Source: Nemertoderma westbladi (lineage: Eukaryota > Animalia > Xenacoelomorpha). Taken from it: a DNA stretch of 64,000 nt. The notes below the pieces were generated by a model, which worked only from the letters and a program-made list of their open reading frames with translations, was not told where the DNA came from and made no database searches. The translations under genes and the position numbers were made by a program. Below, piece after piece: positions 59,921-64,000 of the stretch. Each line of letters begins with the position of its first letter. The stretch's first letter is position 1. Location: NCBI GenBank assembly GCA_032718475.1, contig JAUCBJ010000866.1:1-64000 (forward strand). Direction: 5' to 3'.

Positions 59921-62280
59921 ACGCCCTACTAGTGAGTGATACCCCCCACGTGTGAGTGGTCCCTTACTAGTGAGTACTACGCCCTACTAGTGAGTGCTAT
60001 CCCTTACTAGTGAGTACTACGCCCTACTAGTGAGTGATACCTCCCATTAGTGAGCGCTGTCCCTTACTAGTGAGTACTACGCCCTACTAGTGAGTGCTAC
60101 CCCTTACTAGTGAATACTACGCCCTACTAGTGAGTGCTACCCCTACTAGTATTGCTACCCCTTACTAGTGAGTACTACGCCCTACTAGTGAGTGCTACCC
60201 ACTACTAGTGAGTGCTACCCCTTACTAGTGAGTACTACGCCCTACTAGTGAGTGCTACCCCTTACAAGTGAGTACTACGCCCTACTAGTGAGTGCTACCC
60301 CCTACTAATGAGCGCTGTCCCTTACAAGTGAGTACTACGCCCTACTAGTGAGTGCTACCCACTACTAGTGAGTGCTATCCCTTACTAATGAGTACTACGC
60401 CCTACTACTGAGTGCTACCCCTTACTAGTGAGTACTACTCCCTACTAGTGAGTGCTACCCCCTACTAGTGAGTGCTACCCCTTACTAGTGAGTACTACGC
60501 CCTACTAGTGAGTGCTACCCACTACTAGTGAGTGGCACCTCTTACTAGTGAGTACTACGCCCTACTAGTGAGTGCTACCCACTACTAGTGAGTGCTACCC
60601 CTTACTAGCGAGTACTGCGCCCTACTCGTGAGTGCTACCCCTTACTAGTGAGTGCTACCCCTTACTTGTGAGTACTACGCCCTACTAGTGAGTGCTACCC
60701 CTTACTAGTGAGTACTACTCCCTACTAGTGAGTGCTACCCCCTACTAGTGAGTGCTACCCCTTACTAGTGAGTACTACGCCCTACTAGTGAGTGCTACCC
60801 ACTACTAGTGAGTGGCACCTCTTACTAGTGAGTACTACGCCCTACTAGTGAGTGCTACCCACTACTAGTGAGTGCTACCCCTTACTAGTGAGTACTACGC
60901 CCTACTAGTGAGTGCTACCCACTACTAGTGAGTGCTACCCCTTACTAGTGAGTACTGCGCCCTACTAGTGAGTGCTACCCCTTACTAGAGAGTGCTACCC
61001 CCTGCTAGTTAGTGCTACCCCTTACTAGTGAGTACTACGCCCTACTAGTGAGTGCTACCCACTACTAGTGAGTGGCACCTCTTACTAGTGAGTACTACGC
61101 CCTACTAGTGAGTGCTACCCACTACTAGTGAGTGCTACCCCTTACTAGTGAGTACTACGCCCTACTAGTGAGTGCTACCCACTACTAGTGAGTGCTACCC
61201 CTTACTAGTGAGTACTGCGCCCTACTAGTGAGTACTACGCCCTACTAGTGAGTGCTACCCACTACTAGTGAGTGCTACCCCTTACTAGTGAGTACTACGC
61301 CCTACTAGTGAGTGCTACCCCCTGCTAGTTAGTGCTACTCCTTACTAGTGAGTACTATGCCCTACTAGTGAGTGCTATCCCCTACTAGTGAGTGCTACCC
61401 CTTACTAGTGAGTACTGCGCCCTACTAGTGAGTACTACGCCCTACTAGTGAGTGCTACCCACTACTAGTGAGTGCTACCCCTTACTAGTGAGTACTACGC
61501 CCTACTAGTGAGTACTACGCCCTACTAGTGAGTGCTACCCCCTGCTAGTTAGTGCTACTCCTTACTAGTGAGTACTATGCCCTACTAGTGAGTGCTACCC
61601 CCTACTAGTGAGTGCTACCCCTTACTAGTGAGTGCTACCCCCAGCTAGTTAGTGCTACTCCTTACTAGTGAGTACTATGCCCTACTAGTGAGTGCTACCC
61701 CCTACTAGTGAGTGCTACCCACAACTGGTGAGTGATCCCCCCGCTAGTGAGTGTTACCCCCTACTGGTTAGTGATACCCCCCGCTAGAGAGTGCTACTCC
61801 CTATTAGTGAGTGCTACCCACTACTGGTTACTGATACCCCCCGCTAGTGAGTGCTACCCCCTAATAGTGAGTGCTACCCCCTACTAGTGAGTGCTACCCA
61901 CAACTGGTGAGTGATCCCCCCGCTAGTGAGTACTACCCCTTACTAGTGAGTGCTACCCCCTACTAGTTAGTGCTACTCCTTACTAGTGAGTGCTACCCCC
62001 TAATAGTGAGTGCTACCCCCTACTAGTGAGTGCTACCCACTACTGGTTAGTGATAACCCCCGCTAGTGAGTGCTACCCCTTACTAGTGAGTGCTACCCAC
62101 TACTGGTGAGTGATACCCCCCGCTAGTGAGTGCTACCCCTACTAGTGAGTGCTACCCTCCGCTAGTGAGTGCTACCCCTTACTAGTGAGTGCTACCCACT
62201 ACTGGTTAGTGATACCCCCCGCTAGTGAGTGCTACCCCTACTAGTGAGTGCTACCCTCCGCTAGTGAGTGCTACCCCCTA
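59921..62280 (+). repeat. 20-bp minisatellite (continuation of the donor-derived array), about 118 copies, partly a 40-bp dimer
   Basis: cttactagtgagtactacgc / cctactagtgagtgctaccc. Confidence 0.93.
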
Positions 62281-62425
62281 CAATTACATTACATAGTACC
62301 AAAACAAATGAATTAAAACACATCGACATTTTTTCTCAAGACATTACTAAGATAGTCTGAGATTTTATATGCCAAGTACTAATTGATAAGTTTTGACATA
62401 AACTTTGATTGTTTCCTCCCTTTAG

Positions 62426-62556
62426 ATACGCCGTCTCGGAGGTTGTCCTTCAGTAAGACTCCTGCAGTAGTCCTCGGAGAAGACGGATCTCGCAGGACCT
62501 CCGATTGCGAACCCGATGCTCAATTTGATGAGGACCCTGACGCTATTGATGAGTCG
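62426..62556 (+). CDS. Cav3: Cav3 exon: distal II-III linker (acidic)
   Basis: cctttag| phase 1 (D)TPSRRLSFSKTPAVVLGEDG...DEDPDAIDES tcg|gtatgg. Confidence 0.7.
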
Positions 62557-63817
62557 GTATGGGATAGTTGTTATTATTCATAGTTATACCTCATTGCTGT
62601 AATGAATAACCGAACACTTCTATTGGTTGTAGTAAACATATTTTTATTGTCACCTAAATTGTTGTAGTGAGTAACTTCTCCATTCTCTTTCTTTCCGCCT
62701 AGTTCAATCTCTATTTCTATTTCACTCTTCCTTATCATTTCCATTTCATTCTATTGTTATCATTTTCATTTTCTTTTCTATTTCATTCATTCATAATGTC
62801 TGACACATCGGAAAACAAAGGAAAATGTACTATAGTCGAAAGAAAAACGATACGTAGAGTTACAGTATGAATATAATAAGTCCCTGTTGTGCTATGGGAC
62901 TCTATGGACCCTCTCAAACAGGAGATAAGGCTAGAGATGCATAAAATAGAAAAGTTGCGCCTCTTTAATTGGTATATTCTATGTTTCCAAGCAACCATAA
63001 AGGATACATTACACAATAAATAATAAGTACAAAATATGTTAATTATTATAATATCAAATATATATTAATACAACCAGCCCATAGTATTGCATTTTCCTAT
63101 GTTATAATTCAAGTTTGTTATCATTCAGAGTTCCATCACAAGTTATACTTACCATTGGCGTGGTTTCCATTGGATACACACGTTAAGACAGGTACGATCT
63201 TCTAATACAAATCTGTTTATAGAAAGTTGTCTCCTTGTTGCTCTGAAACATACTGAAAAGGAAGCATTTGCCTTGAACTTTGTAACAATTGTATGTATAT
63301 GTTCTCACACTATTCTCAGTATTAGGATTGGTTTGGGTTTGTCAAACCAAATTGCAAATATCATTTTGTAGTCTCTTAAAACCACGTCATTGCAGTGCCA
63401 GGTTGTTTATGACGACATGGCTATGGTTAATGTTGGTTGCTATACCTTGCTTGTTATTGTTGTGACATAATTTTAGTTGTAACTTTTAAGGTAGTAATTA
63501 GTGTGCGGGCTGTTCGAATGGGAACAATCAAGCAAACAAACAAACAGACAGACATATTTTACTTTATTATAATGTCTCACAGATAAACAACTGACCATAC
63601 ATGATTTATTATGGTACCGGACCGGGAATAGGCTAGTAATATAGTTAATTCGGCAGCTTGGTATAGTGGTTCCATTCCTGTGCTTCCATTTAGGAAGCCC
63701 TTGTTCAATCCCTACATGGAGCAGCACTGTTTGGGCACAGTGCTTTAAATGCTGCAGCCTAGCCCAATCCTGGCTTTCATCCTTCAGTGGTCGATAAATG
63801 GGAACCAAGGTAACTTG

Positions 63818-64000
63818 GGAAACAGAGTGGAACAGTTTACTATGGAAGATCACCCATGGTGGTAAATAGGTATTCCTTTAGGAAACAGAGTGGAAGGATT
63901 TACTGTGGAAGATCACCCATGGTGGTGAACAGGTATTCCTTTAGGAAACAGAGTGGAAGGGTTTACTGTGGAAGATCACCCATGGTGGCGAACAGGCATT
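63818..64000. repeat. 63-bp tandem repeat (about 3 copies, runs off the window); related sequence at about 55810-56080
   Basis: ggaaacagagtggaag...gatcacccatggtggtgaacaggtattccttta. Confidence 0.8.

Overview
Eukaryotic DNA from an invertebrate animal (species not determinable). The window lies inside a T-type voltage-gated calcium channel (Cav3) gene on the + strand. Twelve GT-AG exons, phase-compatible in series, run from domain I S4-S5 linker/S5 through the pore, the gating brake and I-II linker, all of domain II, and into the II-III linker. The introns are inflated by about 11 different minisatellite families and by transposons: a BEL/Pao LTR element with an aberrant 5' end, four copies of an RTE-like LINE, an older decayed LINE and a PIF/Harbinger MITE. 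Two observations stand out. (1) An unrecognised 4-exon, 289-aa gene is nested antisense in the intron just before the domain II turret exon. (2) Two consecutive Cav3 introns begin with large minisatellites amplified from their own exon 3' end and 5' splice site (about 300 and about 125 copies), arranged so that only the first donor gives an intact protein. Exon models and copy numbers were derived by eye and need RNA-seq or alignment confirmation.
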